A stretch of DNA of 64,000 nucleotides from Eledone cirrhosa (GCA_964016885.1 OZ024749.1:8742001-8806000); one strand, 5' to 3'; counted from the stretch's first letter, positions 45,429 through 62,719 are shown. Translations and numbers: made by a program. Notes: generated from the sequence alone by a model not told the origin.

Positions 45429-45508
45429 ACAACCACTGAGGAGCAGAGAAACGTGAGAACTTCACTTAATAAGTCGTTGCGAAACAGTCTCCAACACTGT
45501 CTAGTTGT
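45429..45508 (+). ncRNA. Type I hammerhead ribozyme motif with stable stem III
   Basis: acaacca-CTGAGGA-gca...tgc-GAAA-cagt(ctccaac)actg-TC/tagttgt. The upstream 45229-45390 recurs inverted at 58150-58330. Confidence 0.75.
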
Positions 45509-45942
45509 AACCAGGCATTTTGCCCAATATAGGTCTGTTATTTTTCTTAATTGTTCTTAATTTAATATTTAAAGTTAAGGATAACAAACTATATTGCTGT
45601 AGTTAGTATTTTTTCCCCCTATCAAATGTGGTCCTTACGATTCGAACACATGTATGTTTATATTAGTGTTCATCTCTCTTGTTTATTCAATTATATTGTA
45701 CGGCTCGGAAAAGCTTTTTTCTTATGGCTATTTAATTGTAACAGACTACTCTGAGTTCTTAACTCAGTATATATACATACATATATATATATACATGCAT
45801 GGAACTGTTTGCAAGTATATGTATGAATATGTATCAATATATATATGTGTGTGTGCATCATATAAATGTATATATATATATATATATATATATAACATAT
45901 TGAACTATCAAGACCGTAGAGGTATGTCATGTATCAAATCAT

Positions 45943-46005
45943 ATATATTGTCTGACGAGGACGTACTGAAAAAACAACACAGTGCCTTCGAAATATATAT
46001 AATAA
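45943..46005 (+). ncRNA. Hammerhead motif related to 23331
   Basis: ttgt-CTGACGA-ggacgtactg(...)cagtgccttc-GAAA-tatata-TA/ataa; shares upstream ggtatgtcatgtatca. Confidence 0.65.
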
Positions 46006-46051
46006 AGCATATATTTTGATTATGTGAATATCTTCATTTGTTAATATTTTG

Positions 46052-46097
<46 letters not shown>

Positions 46098-46279
46098 CGA
46101 AGGAAATGTGGTAAGGAACCAGGTGGACCATAACGCACCAAAGTACTCAATACTTAGGGTAGTAGAGTGGGTAATAGGAACAATTACCCACTCTGAGCTC
46201 AAGCCGTTTCGACGGCTAATTCTGGACCAGAATTAGCCGTCGAAACGGCTTGAGCTCAGCCGTCGGGGTCTTACTTGTT

Positions 46280-46338
<59 letters not shown>

Positions 46339-46900
46339 CAAAATATTAACAAATGAAGATATTCACATAATCAAAATATATGGTTTACATACATCACCCC
46401 CCCCCACCCCCATATATATATATATATATATATATATGGGGGTGGGGGGTGATGTATGTATATTCTTTTCTTACGTTTCACATATCTCGGAATGCATTCT
46501 TTCTTTCATTCTTTCTTTCTGACTGATTGATTGATTCATTTGTGTCTAGTTCGATATTTTGTTTGTTGTTGTTGTTGTTGTACCGTCTGCCTCTTCTTCA
46601 ACCAAACACCAATATATCCGTCTATGAGATCGCAGAGATGAACATCCGTTCCACTCTGCCTTATCTCCCATGAATGTTTGCTCTGTGTATCTTATTCCTA
46701 ACTCCTTCACTCCTTCTCTATTGCTTCCCTTCTCTCTCTCTCTTTCATTTACGCTCTTTCTCTCTCTCTCTCTTTCTTGTTCTCATTTTTCTCTCTCATT
46801 CTCGCTCTATCTCTCTATCTCTATTCTCCCACCTCTCTTACGCTTTTACTCTGTTCCTCAAATGTTCTCTCTCATTCACTTTCACTCTCTGAATCCCCCC

Positions 46901-46938
<38 letters not shown>

Positions 46939-47249
46939 CTCTCTCTCACTCTCTCGATACCCTTCTTTATTTATCTCGATTCCCCTCTCGCTCTCGCTTT
47001 CTTTCTCTGTTGATCACCCTCTCTCTCCCTCTCTCTTTAGCTCTTGCTTTGTATTCTCCCCCGCTCTTTACACGACCACCACTACGGTTATTACACAAGA
47101 CATAACACAATACTCTCTCCTCCCACCCTATAGTACCCGCCACTACCATTACTCTCCACTTGTTTGCCTGTTTACTTCCGGTCTATGGGTTTCATGTTTA
47201 TCTTCCATTTCTGTTTTGTTTTTCATCATATTTTTATAATGGTAAATAG

Positions 47250-50707
<3,458 letters not shown>

Positions 50708-50957
50708 GGGATATTAAACGTGGTGAAATGGTTGTCGATTGAGGTTATTTTGGTAGTTGGTTCCACGGTAACCAAATAGAAACAGCAACAACAAAAGAAA
50801 CGAAATCATGAGAAATGTCTAATATATACTTATTCCGATATGAATTATTGATGTATTTATTGAAGATTAGCCACTAGAAGCGCTTAACATTGTTTTATTT
50901 CAGCGTCTTCTCCTAATTTTAATATGTCTTTTGTTTGAAAGATATTTCTTAACTATG

Positions 50958-51642
50958 TAATATTGCTTTAAGTTGGCCTCAAGCCATCACATCTCCAATG
51001 GTGCGCAGCAGTGAATCAACAGTTTAGCCGACCGGACCTGACTTAACGTTTTCTATCAGTTATGACATTAGAAAATAAACATTTCCCAGAGTGTCTTCTG
51101 CAACAGAGATATATAGTTAAGCACGGACTAATATTGCTTTAAGTTGGCCTCAAGCCATCACATCTCCAATGGTGCACAGCAGTGAATCAACAGTTTAGCC
51201 GACCGGACCTGACTTAACGTTTTCTATCAGTTATGACATTAGAAAATAAACATTTCCCAGAGTGTCTTCTGCAACAGAGATATATAGTTAAGCACGGACT
51301 AATATTGCTTTAAGTTGGCCTCCAGCCATCACATCTCCAATGGTGCACAGCAGTGAATCAACAGTTTAGCCGACCGGACCTGACTTAACGTTTTCTATCA
51401 GTTATGACATTAGAAAATAAACATTTCCCAGAGTGTCTTCTGCAACAGAGATATATAGTTAAGCACGGACTAATATTGCTTTAAGTTGGCCTCAAGCCAT
51501 CACATCTCCAATGGTGCGCAGCAGTGAATCAACAGTTTAGCCGACCGGACCTGACTTAACGTTTTCTATCAGTTATGACATTAGAAAATAAACATTTCCC
51601 AGAGTGTCTTCTGCAACAGAGATATATAGTTAAGCACGGACT
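50958..51642. repeat. 171-bp tandem repeat, 4 near-identical copies plus diverged remnants to about 51910
   Basis: taatattgctttaagttggcc starts at 50958, 51129, 51300 and 51471. Confidence 0.93.
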
Positions 51643-52321
51643 TATATAGTTAGTGTAGTGAGCCATGTAATGTCCAACGGTGTGCATTGTTTAGTCAAGA
51701 ATAGGAGCGGATTCGACCGAACATTTCCTATCAGAAACTAAACATTTCCCAGGGTATCGTCTGCGACAAGGTTATATAGTTAAGCGCGAGCTGTGATATA
51801 TCCAACTGTGTAAACTGTAAAATCAAGAGGGGTTCGAGCGGCAATAAAAATTATGTCATTCGAAACAACATTTTCAAGGGTACCTTCTGGAAGAAGTGAG
51901 TAGAGTTAAGTACTGAACGGATTCTTTACGTATGGTAATAGACTGCTCGAACAAATAGTTAAATAATTGAATTTACAACCATAGCTAAAGGAATCTTGTG
52001 TATTAATAACATGTATTTCCGAAGAAAACATGGAGTATAACTAGGAAATTTAAATTGATTAACATTCAAATGCAGCCATGAGTTAGACAGTCAGAATGAT
52101 ATTTTGTGGAGGGAAGCTTTTAGAGTTTCGCATAGTCTAGTTGCTTGTAGTCAATGTGGTTATTGTTGTTATTGCTGTTTTTGTTACATGTGTCTGTGTG
52201 TCGGATAAATTACAGTGCGACTCTAGATGTGATTAGTTGCTTATTATTTCATTCGAACTTTAGAGGTTTGAAATATATAGTAACTTTGTTAACTTACACT
52301 GGCAACATTGGCAGAGAGTCT

Positions 52322-52377
<56 letters not shown>

Positions 52378-52453
52378 CATTCCACTTGGGAGTGGTGGAG
52401 CCTAAATGTTGTGAGAATTCAATTAGTTAACTACCCTTGTGGCCAATAAAGAA

Positions 52454-52495
<42 letters not shown>

Positions 52496-55484
52496 GTTCT
52501 TTGAGTTTCAGTCATTGATGTTATTTAACTGGAAAGTTTGTTGAAATGAATATCAAGCCACTACTTGCAGCCTCAGCTATTCAAGATATATCGGGGGGGT
52601 TCTTGCTGTTCCCAGCAAGCATACCTTTTGAAGTGTTCCAAAAAGCGGGGCTGGACTAATCTTCTTTAACCATCCTTGGAAACTCTTTGAGATAGTATCT
52701 AGTGCGCCTATGATAATCGGGAACACTTTGTCTTCATAGCAGTTCCAAATCCTTTTTACATCCCACTTTAAGTCCTGGTATCGGTTAATTTTCTCCCTCT
52801 CCTTCTCTTGCACTCTCGTGTCAAATGGGCATGCTACATCTACAATCAGGCACGATCTTTTTTCCTTGTCCAAAACCACCAGGTCAGGTCTATTGTGTTC
52901 CAGTTTCTTGTCCGTCTGTATCCTAAAATCCCATAACACCTTCTCCTGATCGTTTTCTATCACCGACTCTGGCTTATGCTCATACCCCTTCTAGGAATGT
53001 GGTAAATTGTTTACTTTGCGTAGGTGCCAGTGGATCACCCTGCCCATCACATCATGTCTCCAGCCTTTATAGTGAGTCTGGGCTAGGTGTTTATACTCGG
53101 ATACAATGTGAGCCACAGTCTCCTCTCTCTCTCCACAGATCCTACACAGTGGGCTAGCCTCCTTCTTGTAAATATGGTGTTTCACCCACTTCGTTTTGAG
53201 GGCCTGCTCTTGCGCAACCATTAGCATTCCTTCTGTAGCCTTTTTAAGGTCTCCTCTTTTCAACCAGTTCCATGTCTGTGGATCTCTAAATTCAGTTTTC
53301 TCAAAGAAGGTACTATGAAGGTATTTTTCATGAAGGTTGCTCTTCCTCCTTGTAGTTATTTCCTCCTTGGACATCCCTTGGTTTATTGTCCTCTCCTTCA
53401 GTACAATTCTGAGCATTGGCTCCCTACTGTCAGTCACGTATTTGTGTAGGTTGTTTTTCTCCATCTGAACACAGTCCTCTATGCTGATAAGACATCTTCC
53501 AGCTTCAGATCTCCTTAAGTAGAGTCTATCGACATCACTCCTCTTGTGGAACATGTTGTAGATAGTCAATAGCTTCCTAGTCTTCCTATCCATTTCTTTT
53601 TGTTCAGCAACATTCCATTTCAGAATTCCCGCACTGTACCTAATAATAGACACAGCTCGGGTATTCACTGCACTTATGACATTCCTACTGTTCAGATGTA
53701 ATTTTAATACGCTCCTTACTCTCCTAATGTACTCAGATCTTATCATTTCCTTCATTTTTTTGTTCTTGATGTTATCTGCCTCCAGAACACCTAAATATTT
53801 GTATCCTTCTTCAGTGTCAATTGCCTTTATCATCTCACCTGTTGGTACCTGGATTCCGTTGCTTCTGCTCAATTTACCCCTCTTCATCACTAGGACTCCA
53901 CACTTACTAATACCAAATTGCATACATATATCATTGCTGAAAATACGGACAGTGTCAACAAGCACATCCAACTCCTTCTCCCTCTTCCCGAAGAGCTTAA
54001 GATCGTCCATGAAGAGGAGGTGATTGAGGGTAAGCTCTCCTTTGCCCAACTTGTATCCTGCTCTCACTTTCGCAGTATAATGGTCAGGGGCATCAGGGCA
54101 AGAACAAACAACAGAGGGGACAAACTATCTTCCTGGAAGATACCTCTCTTGATCTTCACGCTTCCCAAGGATTCTCTACCCGATGTTAACTCTGTTTTCC
54201 AGGACTTCATACTTTTGTTCAACAATTGTCTGATGTTATCTGCCACCTTGAAGATCTCTAGGCTTTTGGTTATCCAAGAATGTGGTACCATGTCGAATGC
54301 CTTTTTGTAGTCTATCCATCCCATGGAAAGACCAGTGTGTCACCTCTTACAATTCCTCATTACCATCTTATCAATAAGTAACTGGTCCTTTGTACCACGG
54401 GACTTCTTTCGGCATCCTTTCTGTTCGTCCGGTAACAAGTTGTTTATGTGGAGGTGATGGTAGATTTCCTCAGACACAATGCTTGTTAACAGTTTCCATA
54501 TTACGGACAGACATGTGATAGGTCTATAGTTGGTAACATCATTACCCTTGATTCGGTCTTTCATTACCAAAACTGTTGTACCTTTTGTCAACCACACTGG
54601 TACCTCACCTGACATCAAGCAGTCACTGAACATGGTTGTCAGTTTCGGGTGGAGGCGTGTTATATTTTAATCCAATTCCCCCTGCACACCATCTGGGCCT
54701 GGTGATTTCCAGTTGGTTAGTTTTTTGGCCTGCCCTTTAAGAGTTTCAACTGTGATACTCAAATCAGTTTGTTGGTGTACTTGTTCACTAATCTCCTTTT
54801 GTACTGTCTCAGTCCACACTGCCTGATCATTATGTTCAACATCCTGCTCCCATATTCCTCTCCAGAATGTCTTAGTCTGTTCCGCCTCAGGGATCAAGTC
54901 GTTGCCTCTTTCTTTCCCTTCAAGCTGTCCAAACAACATCTTCTGGCTGTTGTTAAACATGCGGTTCTGTCTATACTGACTGACTCTGCTGTCATATCGC
55001 CTAATATTTCCACGCTTTGCTACAATGCGTTGCTTCAGTTCCTCTATGACAATATTTAGCTTTTTCCTCCTAGTTTTGTACTTTATTTCCAATCTATTTT
55101 TAGTGTCTATGTTTTGTAGTGTCCCATTCAGTAGGGACTCAAGCTTTCCAATGTCATTTCTCATTTCCCTGATTTGACCATTCAGTCGTTTCTTCCACCA
55201 AGGTTCGTCTTTCTTGTTTGTTGTTTCCTCTCGTTTTTATGCCAAGTAATTTCCTCACCGCATTTGCTGTTGCTTTAAGGATATTGTTGCATTGGTGAAG
55301 GTTCCTCGTCTCAAGGTATGGGATGACTTTGTTTACCTTAGCCGTTGTTTCTTTTAACTTTTTCCTGTCTACAAATCTTAGGTTCAGATGTTTCCCACTA
55401 TCATTGTTCATTTCATCTACCACTAAGTTTAGGATATCAACCAAATCTTGTCCTAGCCCGTCAGCATTCATTTCCTCAATGGCC

Positions 55485-55485
<1 letters not shown>
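52496..55485 (-). mobile_element. R4/Dong-type RLE non-LTR retrotransposon, 5'-truncated and frameshifted, in (TAA)n
   Basis: WKSPGPDG, YRPITCL, EQKGCR, WIDYKKAFDMVPHSW, GIFQEDSLSPLLF, HLLFMDDLKL (RT); CRICGEREETVAHIVS (zinc knuckle); RHD, NRPDLV, DVACPFD..KEREKINRYQDL (RLE). (TTA)n at 52454-52495 and 55486-55514. Confidence 0.93.
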
Positions 55486-55515
<30 letters not shown>

Positions 55516-55559
55516 CTTGTTTAATTTTTTTGTTTCATTGAATTATTTATAAATTATGC

Positions 55560-55885
55560 TGTGGCTGTTGTGGTTGTTCTTTTAGTTGTTGTTATTGTAG
55601 TTGTTGTGGCTGTTGTTGTAGTTCGTGTTGTGGTTGTTGTGGTAGTCGTTGTGGTTGTTGTTGTTGTTGTTGTGGTTGTTGTAGTTGTTGTTGTGGTTGT
55701 TGTTGTTGTTGTGAGTGTTGTGATTGTTGTGGTTGTTGTTGTTGTGATTGTTGTTGTCGTAGTTGTTGTCGTGGTTGTTGTTGTGGTTGTTGTAGTTGTT
55801 GCGGTTAGTGTTGTGGTTGTTGTGGTTGTTGTAGTTGTTGTGGTTAGTGTTGTGGTTGTTATTGTAGTTGTGGTTGTTTGGGTTA
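55560..55885. repeat. Degenerate (GTT)n
   Basis: Direct inspection. Confidence 0.9.
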
Positions 55886-56034
55886 TCGTTATCGGGATGT
55901 TCGTATTATGAAATCGAGTTTCTATTGTTTCTCGAACAGATACACACCAACACACACATATTACACGAGGTGTGTGAGTGCTGAATATAAGTGCACGCGT
56001 CAGTACACGTACACACACACACACACACACACAT

Positions 56035-56093
<59 letters not shown>

Positions 56094-56242
56094 GACACAC
56101 TGGAAGAGGAAGACCGAGGTTAACATATGTTGATGCCCTAAGGGCAGACACTGGCCTGTTGGGGACGCAGGACATGGCAGCGACAATGAAGGACAGCGAC
56201 CGCTGGAGAGAACTCGTCCGTGGATCTCGGGAATTTTACCCG

Positions 56243-56245
<3 letters not shown>
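56094..56245 (+). mobile_element. Short 3' end of the same RTE-like LINE as 42507, in (TA)n
   Basis: GRGRPRLTYVDALRADTGLLGTQDMAATMKDSDRWRELVRGSREFYPP, then (TA)n. Confidence 0.85.
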
Positions 56246-56339
<94 letters not shown>

Positions 56340-56508
56340 AAAATATGTTTTGAAACAACGAACGAGTTTGAAACTAGAAACCTGCTATCGGGCTGGGAAT
56401 TCTTTGGTCAAAGGGGCGGTGAGGGCTTCTGTTTCTAGTTAGAAATATATATATATATATGTGTGTGTGTGTCTATGTATAAATATATATGTTTATATAT
56501 ATATATGT

Positions 56509-56589
<81 letters not shown>

Positions 56590-57096
56590 GCACGTATGTA
56601 TACCCAGCATTATATTAACTGTTTCTACTTTTGGCACAAGGCCAGCATAAAGGCCAACATAAAGGCCAACATAAAGGCCAACATAAAGGGGCCTAAATCT
56701 ATGCTACAAAGCATGGCGGCCGACTCTTTACGGATACTGCCAATCCACAATATATTAACACAGGTTATTTAGATAGTTCAACGAAAGTTTGTTCCTAATG
56801 AGTTCCACAGAGACCGAAACTGGTGACCTCAACCAGAGAATATACAAGCTCGGTCTCTTAATTTGTATTGATCAAATAAGGAAATATGGCTTATACATGC
56901 AATACATGCAATATATTACTTATATACATTTGAAATCGGAGTGTTCATGTGTGTATGTATGTATGTATGTATATATATATATTGATAATGTCATCGGTAA
57001 GATTGTAGCAACAATGTCGGGATGTCACGGGGTTAATATGTATATGTATATATATGTATGTATGTATATATATGTATGTACGTATATATATATATA

Positions 57097-57493
57097 TATA
57101 TTAATAAAAGGAATTCCAACTTTGTCTGATTTACTCGTTTTATTTACAATCCTTTAGAATTTATAATGGTATTAGAATAAAATAGTATGGTAGACTATTA
57201 AATGTTAAGTGTTAATTGAATAAGTACTTTCATGCTTTCGCAATCTTCAGGTTCATATTGTGTGGTGACAGTCAAGTTTGCAATGTTCAACTGGGAACAT
57301 TGAACATTGCAAACTTGACTGTCACCACACAATATGAACCTGAAGATTCCGAAAGCATGAAAGTACTTATTCAATTAACACTTAACATTTAATAGTCTAC
57401 CATACTATTTTATTCTAATACCATTATAAATTCTAAAGGATTGTAAATAAAACGAGTAAATCAGACAAAGTTGGAATTCCTTTTATTAATATA
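57097..57493. mobile_element. Near-perfect palindrome (~194-bp arms, 9-nt spacer) with a 39-nt hammerhead-like motif in each arm
   Basis: tgaac-CTGAAGA-t-tgc(gaaa)gca-t-GAAA-gtac-TT/attca at 57217-57255 (-) and 57335-57373 (+, tcc variant). Confidence 0.8.
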
Positions 57494-57553
57494 ATCTTCT
57501 ATACACAATCATACACACCCGTGTATATTTATATACCCGTGTATATATACATA

Positions 57554-57792
57554 TGGAGGAAATTATAGTTCACTTGAAGCATTGTGTAATGAGGTATAAA
57601 AGCTTGGATTTGTAAAGCCAAAGCAATGCAGGTATGGACATAGAATAAAAAATGCAAATGCAAAAGATATTGTTGACAATTAGTCATTTAAATAAATCTA
57701 AGGTAAAAGACTAATTGTCAACAATATCTTTTGCATTTGCATTTTTTATTCCATGTCCATACCTGCATTGTTTTACCTTTACAAATTCAAAC

Positions 57793-57797
<5 letters not shown>
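57554..57797. repeat. Fold-back insertion; related fragment at 22893-22997
   Basis: caatgcaggtatgga...aaaaaatgcaaatgcaaaagatattgttgacaattagtc and its reverse complement. Confidence 0.8.
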
Positions 57798-57860
<63 letters not shown>

Positions 57861-57864
57861 GATC

Positions 57865-58050
57865 AATCGAATTTCGTCAAATCGGACCCAGGAAACAATG
57901 TTTACGTCGGTCTTTCCAGTTGCTAGAACTTTCTATCGGTCGCAACTCCGGGTAGAAGGAGCAACGGGAAATAAAGTGTCTTGCTCAAGGGGATAACGAA
58001 TTGCCTGGTCCAAGAATCTAACTTACAACCTCAAGATTGTGATTCCAATT
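57865..58050 (-). mobile_element. Second SINE-like family (fragments also at about 28800-28880 and 62980-63065)
   Basis: cttgagcaagacactttatttc motif following a degenerate tRNA-like head. Confidence 0.55.
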
Positions 58051-58366
58051 CTTTTTTTTTTTTTGCTCTAATCTGATCAGTTTTGGAAATTCATCCTGTT
58101 TTACTCACATAAAACAGGGAGAATTTCCAAAACTGATCAGATTAGACCAAAAATCACGAGCACTCTATCTCAAAATTATTTTTGAAAAGCATAAGAAATG
58201 CGCAACCGGTAAAAACTTAAAACTAAAACTGAATACTAACTAATACTTATTACTAATATATACTTATTCCTAATTAAACTATTTTTCACTGGGAAAAATT
58301 TGTCACCATTTTCTTTTCTTTTTTACTAACATATCACAACTCGTGTGTCACATCTCTATTTTTTAC

Positions 58367-58408
<42 letters not shown>

Positions 58409-58688
58409 GGGATAATAATTTATCGTTATAGGTAATCCATTTAGAGGCTCTGAGTACTCTGTGTCGTGGATAGTTTTAACGTACGTCTTTGTTTGACTCA
58501 ACAAGATGCTTCCATAGTTATGCAGCGATTAGCGAACTCTAGACTCACCTGATCAATGAAACAATTGTCAGTACTTTAAATAAAGCCCTTATTGTACAGC
58601 CAACCATGTTACTCTTCATTCTTTAACTATATATATATATATATAGTTTTGCGAGGTTTTTTTATATGAAATCGTGTGTCGAAACAGA

Positions 58689-59076
58689 TATTGTTATACT
58701 TGGGGAGGGTCATATTTGCGTAATATTGCCAGAATTAATAACAGAACACAGAGACAGACTGAATAAAAAATGGCGTAGACATACAACACAACAGGAGGAA
58801 CAATGAATATAACACCACTAACGATGTTGCAGATGTGCAACGAAAGATTTATGTAAATTATGTAAACTATATATATATGTGTTTGTGTCTATATTGTATC
58901 TGTATTATTTTTGACCGCCGGTCAGTCAATGGCAACATTGAGGACCGAGTAAGTTAGATCGCAGATATGTATATATAAAAGACAGCGAGAAGCGAAAACC
59001 AACCAAACAGTGAGTGTGTTCTGTTATTAATTCTGGCAATATTACGCAAATATGACCCTCCCCAAGTATAACAATA
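58689..59076 (+). mobile_element. PLE 3' end with a 62-bp inverted copy of its terminus; mutated HHR at 58813-58855
   Basis: 58689-58750 is the reverse complement of 59015-59076; the body matches 23700-23997. Confidence 0.8.
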
Positions 59077-59087
59077 CATAAATATAT

Positions 59088-59135
<48 letters not shown>

Positions 59136-59960
59136 ACAGATAGAGAGGGAGGTGTGTACGTATATATATATCGATCTGTATTTATACACACACACACGTG
59201 TGTGTGATCGTCTTTCTATGGATGGGTCTGTAGATATGTCATTGTTTGGTGTGTGTGTACCTGTTTCAGGTAAATCCAAAGCTATCTTATTTGGACTTAA
59301 AAGATTTCATTTGCTCTCACAAACACACACACACCCAGACCCACACTCAAACACACACACACACATATATATATATATGTATGTATATTTGTATATATAT
59401 GTGTGTATATATGCATGCGTGTGCGTGATAATATACATACATGTATATATATATATATATTTATATATTTATATATTTATGTGTATATGAGGGAGTGTGT
59501 GAGTGTGTGTGTACGTAAGATTGTGTGAGTATATATGTGCGTGTATGTGTGTGTAGGTATGAGTATGTGTGAGTGACTCTGTCTGTGTGTGTGTGTCTGA
59601 GTATATCAGTATGTGTGAGCACGTGTGTCTGTATGTGTGAGTATATCAGTATATGTGTGTATATATATGTGTATATATATGTTTATAATATGTGTATATA
59701 AATATGTATATATATATATATATGTGTATATATATGTATATATATATATATATATATATGTGTATAATAGGTGTATATATATATATATGTGTATACATAT
59801 GTGTATATATATGTGTATATATATATATGTGTGTGTATATGTATGTATATATATATATGTGTGTATAATAGGTGTATATATATATGTGTATATATATGTG
59901 TATATATATGTGTATATATATATATGTGTATATATATGTGTATATATATATATGTGTGTG

Positions 59961-59997
<37 letters not shown>

Positions 59998-60084
59998 ATA
60001 TATATATGTGTATAATAGGTGTTATATATATGTGTATATATATGTGTATATATATATATATGTGTGTATATATATGTGTATATA

Positions 60085-60132
<48 letters not shown>

Positions 60133-60823
60133 TATATACATGTGTGTGTGTGTGTGTGTATGTGTATAGCTAATCTACATTAACCCCGTGACATTCCGAC
60201 ATTGTTGCTACACTTTCACTGATGACATTATCAATATAGAATTTTTTAAGTTTTAAAACAGGAAACTAAAATCATATTTTACTAATTAAGTATTGTAGAT
60301 ATTTATTGGTTTATTTCTTAACATTGCTGTGTTCTTATTGTTGTTGTTGTTGTAATAGTTGTTGTTGTTGTTGTTGTTGTAATAGTTGTTGTTGTTGTAA
60401 TAGTTGTTGTTGTTGTTGTTGTTGTTGCAATAGTTGTTGTTGTTTTTGTTTTTGTTGTTGTAATAGTTGTTGTTGTTTTTGTTGTAATAGTTGTTGTTGT
60501 TGTTGTTGTAATAGTTGCTGTTGTTGTTGTACTGGTTGTTGTTGTTGTCGCCGTTGTTTTTGTCATTGTTGCTGTTTTACTGGATGTTGCTGTTGTTAAT
60601 GATGTACTGGTTGTTGTTGTTGCTGTTGTACTAGTTGTTGTTGTTCTACTCTGTTGTTGTTGATATTCTACTGTCATTGTTGTTGTTGTTTTTCTACTGT
60701 AATTGTCGTTGTTGTTGTTGTTGTTGTTGTCTATCGTTATCTGTTTTTGTATTGTATCGAATGTATTTTCATTGTTTTAGTTTATGAAAAAATAGACACC
60801 TACATACACACATACATACATAC

Positions 60824-61393
60824 ATGGTGGCTGCCAACTCGTTTTCGAGTACGGCCACTACTTTATATCCATGTAGGAGAACTCCTACCGATGCGCTGAA
60901 CGAGTGTAACTTTTTAGTCCAGCCAGCGACTTGAAAACTCTGGTACAAACACTACACCTGTGACAATTATTGACACATAGTGCTGGGCCCATGGTACCAT
61001 GTAACGACAAGTGCAGAGAGATCTCCAGATATAAAGCAATGCCTGTGCCGTGAAGCTTTTATAGTGAGCAAAGGCACTGCACAAAGCCAGTCCCACTCTC
61101 TTAACCAAGATGATATTTACCAAAAAGAAGAACAAGTCAACATCATTGGATACCATCAGGGTTGCAGGTGTTATATCAGAGTTTTCCTTCTCCTAGAATT
61201 CTGCCTTGACAAAGGCTAAGGGGTTATCTCTCCCGGTGATTTTGGATGGCCATTGACTCTTACGAGCTCCTTTGCCCTTTGACAGGTTTTGTTCTTAGTC
61301 CTGCAGGATGTCCAAAGTCACCCTCCTCACCAAGAAACCTTGGTGGGGTTGCCAGTTTAGTCGCCAACGACCCGACCATGAGACAGGTTGTAC
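60824..61393 (-). mobile_element. Non-autonomous RTE-derived element in (TACA)n
   Basis: Homologous to 33894-34476. Retains CSVCTRVFKSLAGLKSYTRSAHR*, similar to the C2H2-like C-terminus of BovB-type RTEs. Confidence 0.7.
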
Positions 61394-61435
61394 ATGGGAT
61401 ACATGCATACATACATACATACATACATACATACA

Positions 61436-61469
<34 letters not shown>

Positions 61470-61593
61470 CATACATACATATAAATATACTTCTGTTTGA
61501 ATGCACGTGTATGTTTATGTCGATATGTGTGTGTGTGTCAGAATGAATAAATGTTGGATTATGAATACGAGTATATATACGGCTCCATACACG

Positions 61594-61625
<32 letters not shown>

Positions 61626-61799
61626 ACCTAGAAATTATTTAATAATGTCTCATATAAAATAATATAACCAGCTATCCACGAAATACTGATTAGTTAGCAC
61701 CCGAAACACTAAATTGGGAGAATACTTAGGTATATCCTAATGTTTGTTGAGTGAGATGGAGTTGGTCAGAGTATCACTTAAGGCTTTCTCTGTTTATGT

Positions 61800-61849
<50 letters not shown>

Positions 61850-62377
61850 GATTAGTACTCTGAAATAGCGATGTATACATGAATGTATGTATAGTATATT
61901 TGGCAATATACTGTATATTTAATTTAAAACATTTTGAAGACCTTGCGCTATCATTTTAAAGTAGTGAGACTATGTCACTTACTCCTTTTTTCGGCATAGG
62001 AAGGGAGAGAAGCATGACAGATTCTGTTTCACACTGTTGGATGATAGCACAAGGTCTTCAAAATGTTTTTAAATAGACATACGGTATATTTCAACCAGTA
62101 CACAGAAGCCACCCGCTAATTCCAGAATCATCTGGAAGGAACGAATGCGACGAGGATCAACACAGAGATTCGTCAACGGGGAGCGGCGATCCTTTGTGTT
62201 CAATCGCTAAGGTTTACTAGTGATATAGACGTTCTTCACTGCCACTGTCACCATATGCTCTCCAAAGGCGTACGAATACATAGGCCCAATATATAGAACC
62301 GATCACATAATTAGGCGGTTTAATTTCAAACAGTTTGAAAGTAGCGCCAAAAAGTTCTCCATTTTGAATATAGAGAT

Positions 62378-62719
62378 AATTGTTTCTACTTTTGGCACAA
62401 GGCCAGCAATTATCCCAGTGTATTACTGGTACTTTATTTTATCAACCCCGTAAGGATGAAAGGCAAAGTTAACCTCGGCGGGATTTGAACTCAGACCATA
62501 AAGGGCCGTAACTCTTTGCTGCAAGAGATAATTGTTTCTACTATTGGCACAAGGCCAGAAATTACCCAGTACATTACTGGTACTTTATTTTATCGACCCC
62601 GTAAGGATGAAAGGCAAAGTTAACCTCGGCGGGATTTGAACTCAGAATAGCAAGGGCCGTAACTCTATGCATCAAAGCATGGCGTCCGACCCTCTACCGA
62701 TACTGCCAATCCACCGCAA
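62378..62719 (-). mobile_element. Two tandem SINEs (partial copy also at 56620-56748)
   Basis: The second copy has an 18-bp TSD tttgctgcaagagataat at 62515-62532 and 62720-62737. Confidence 0.85.

Noticed and set aside
50958-51642. Alpha-satellite (171-bp period)
   Set aside because: Only the length matches. There is no recognisable sequence similarity and only four copies.
60306-60599. Cys-rich metallothionein-like ORF
   Set aside because: Degenerate (TGT)n microsatellite.
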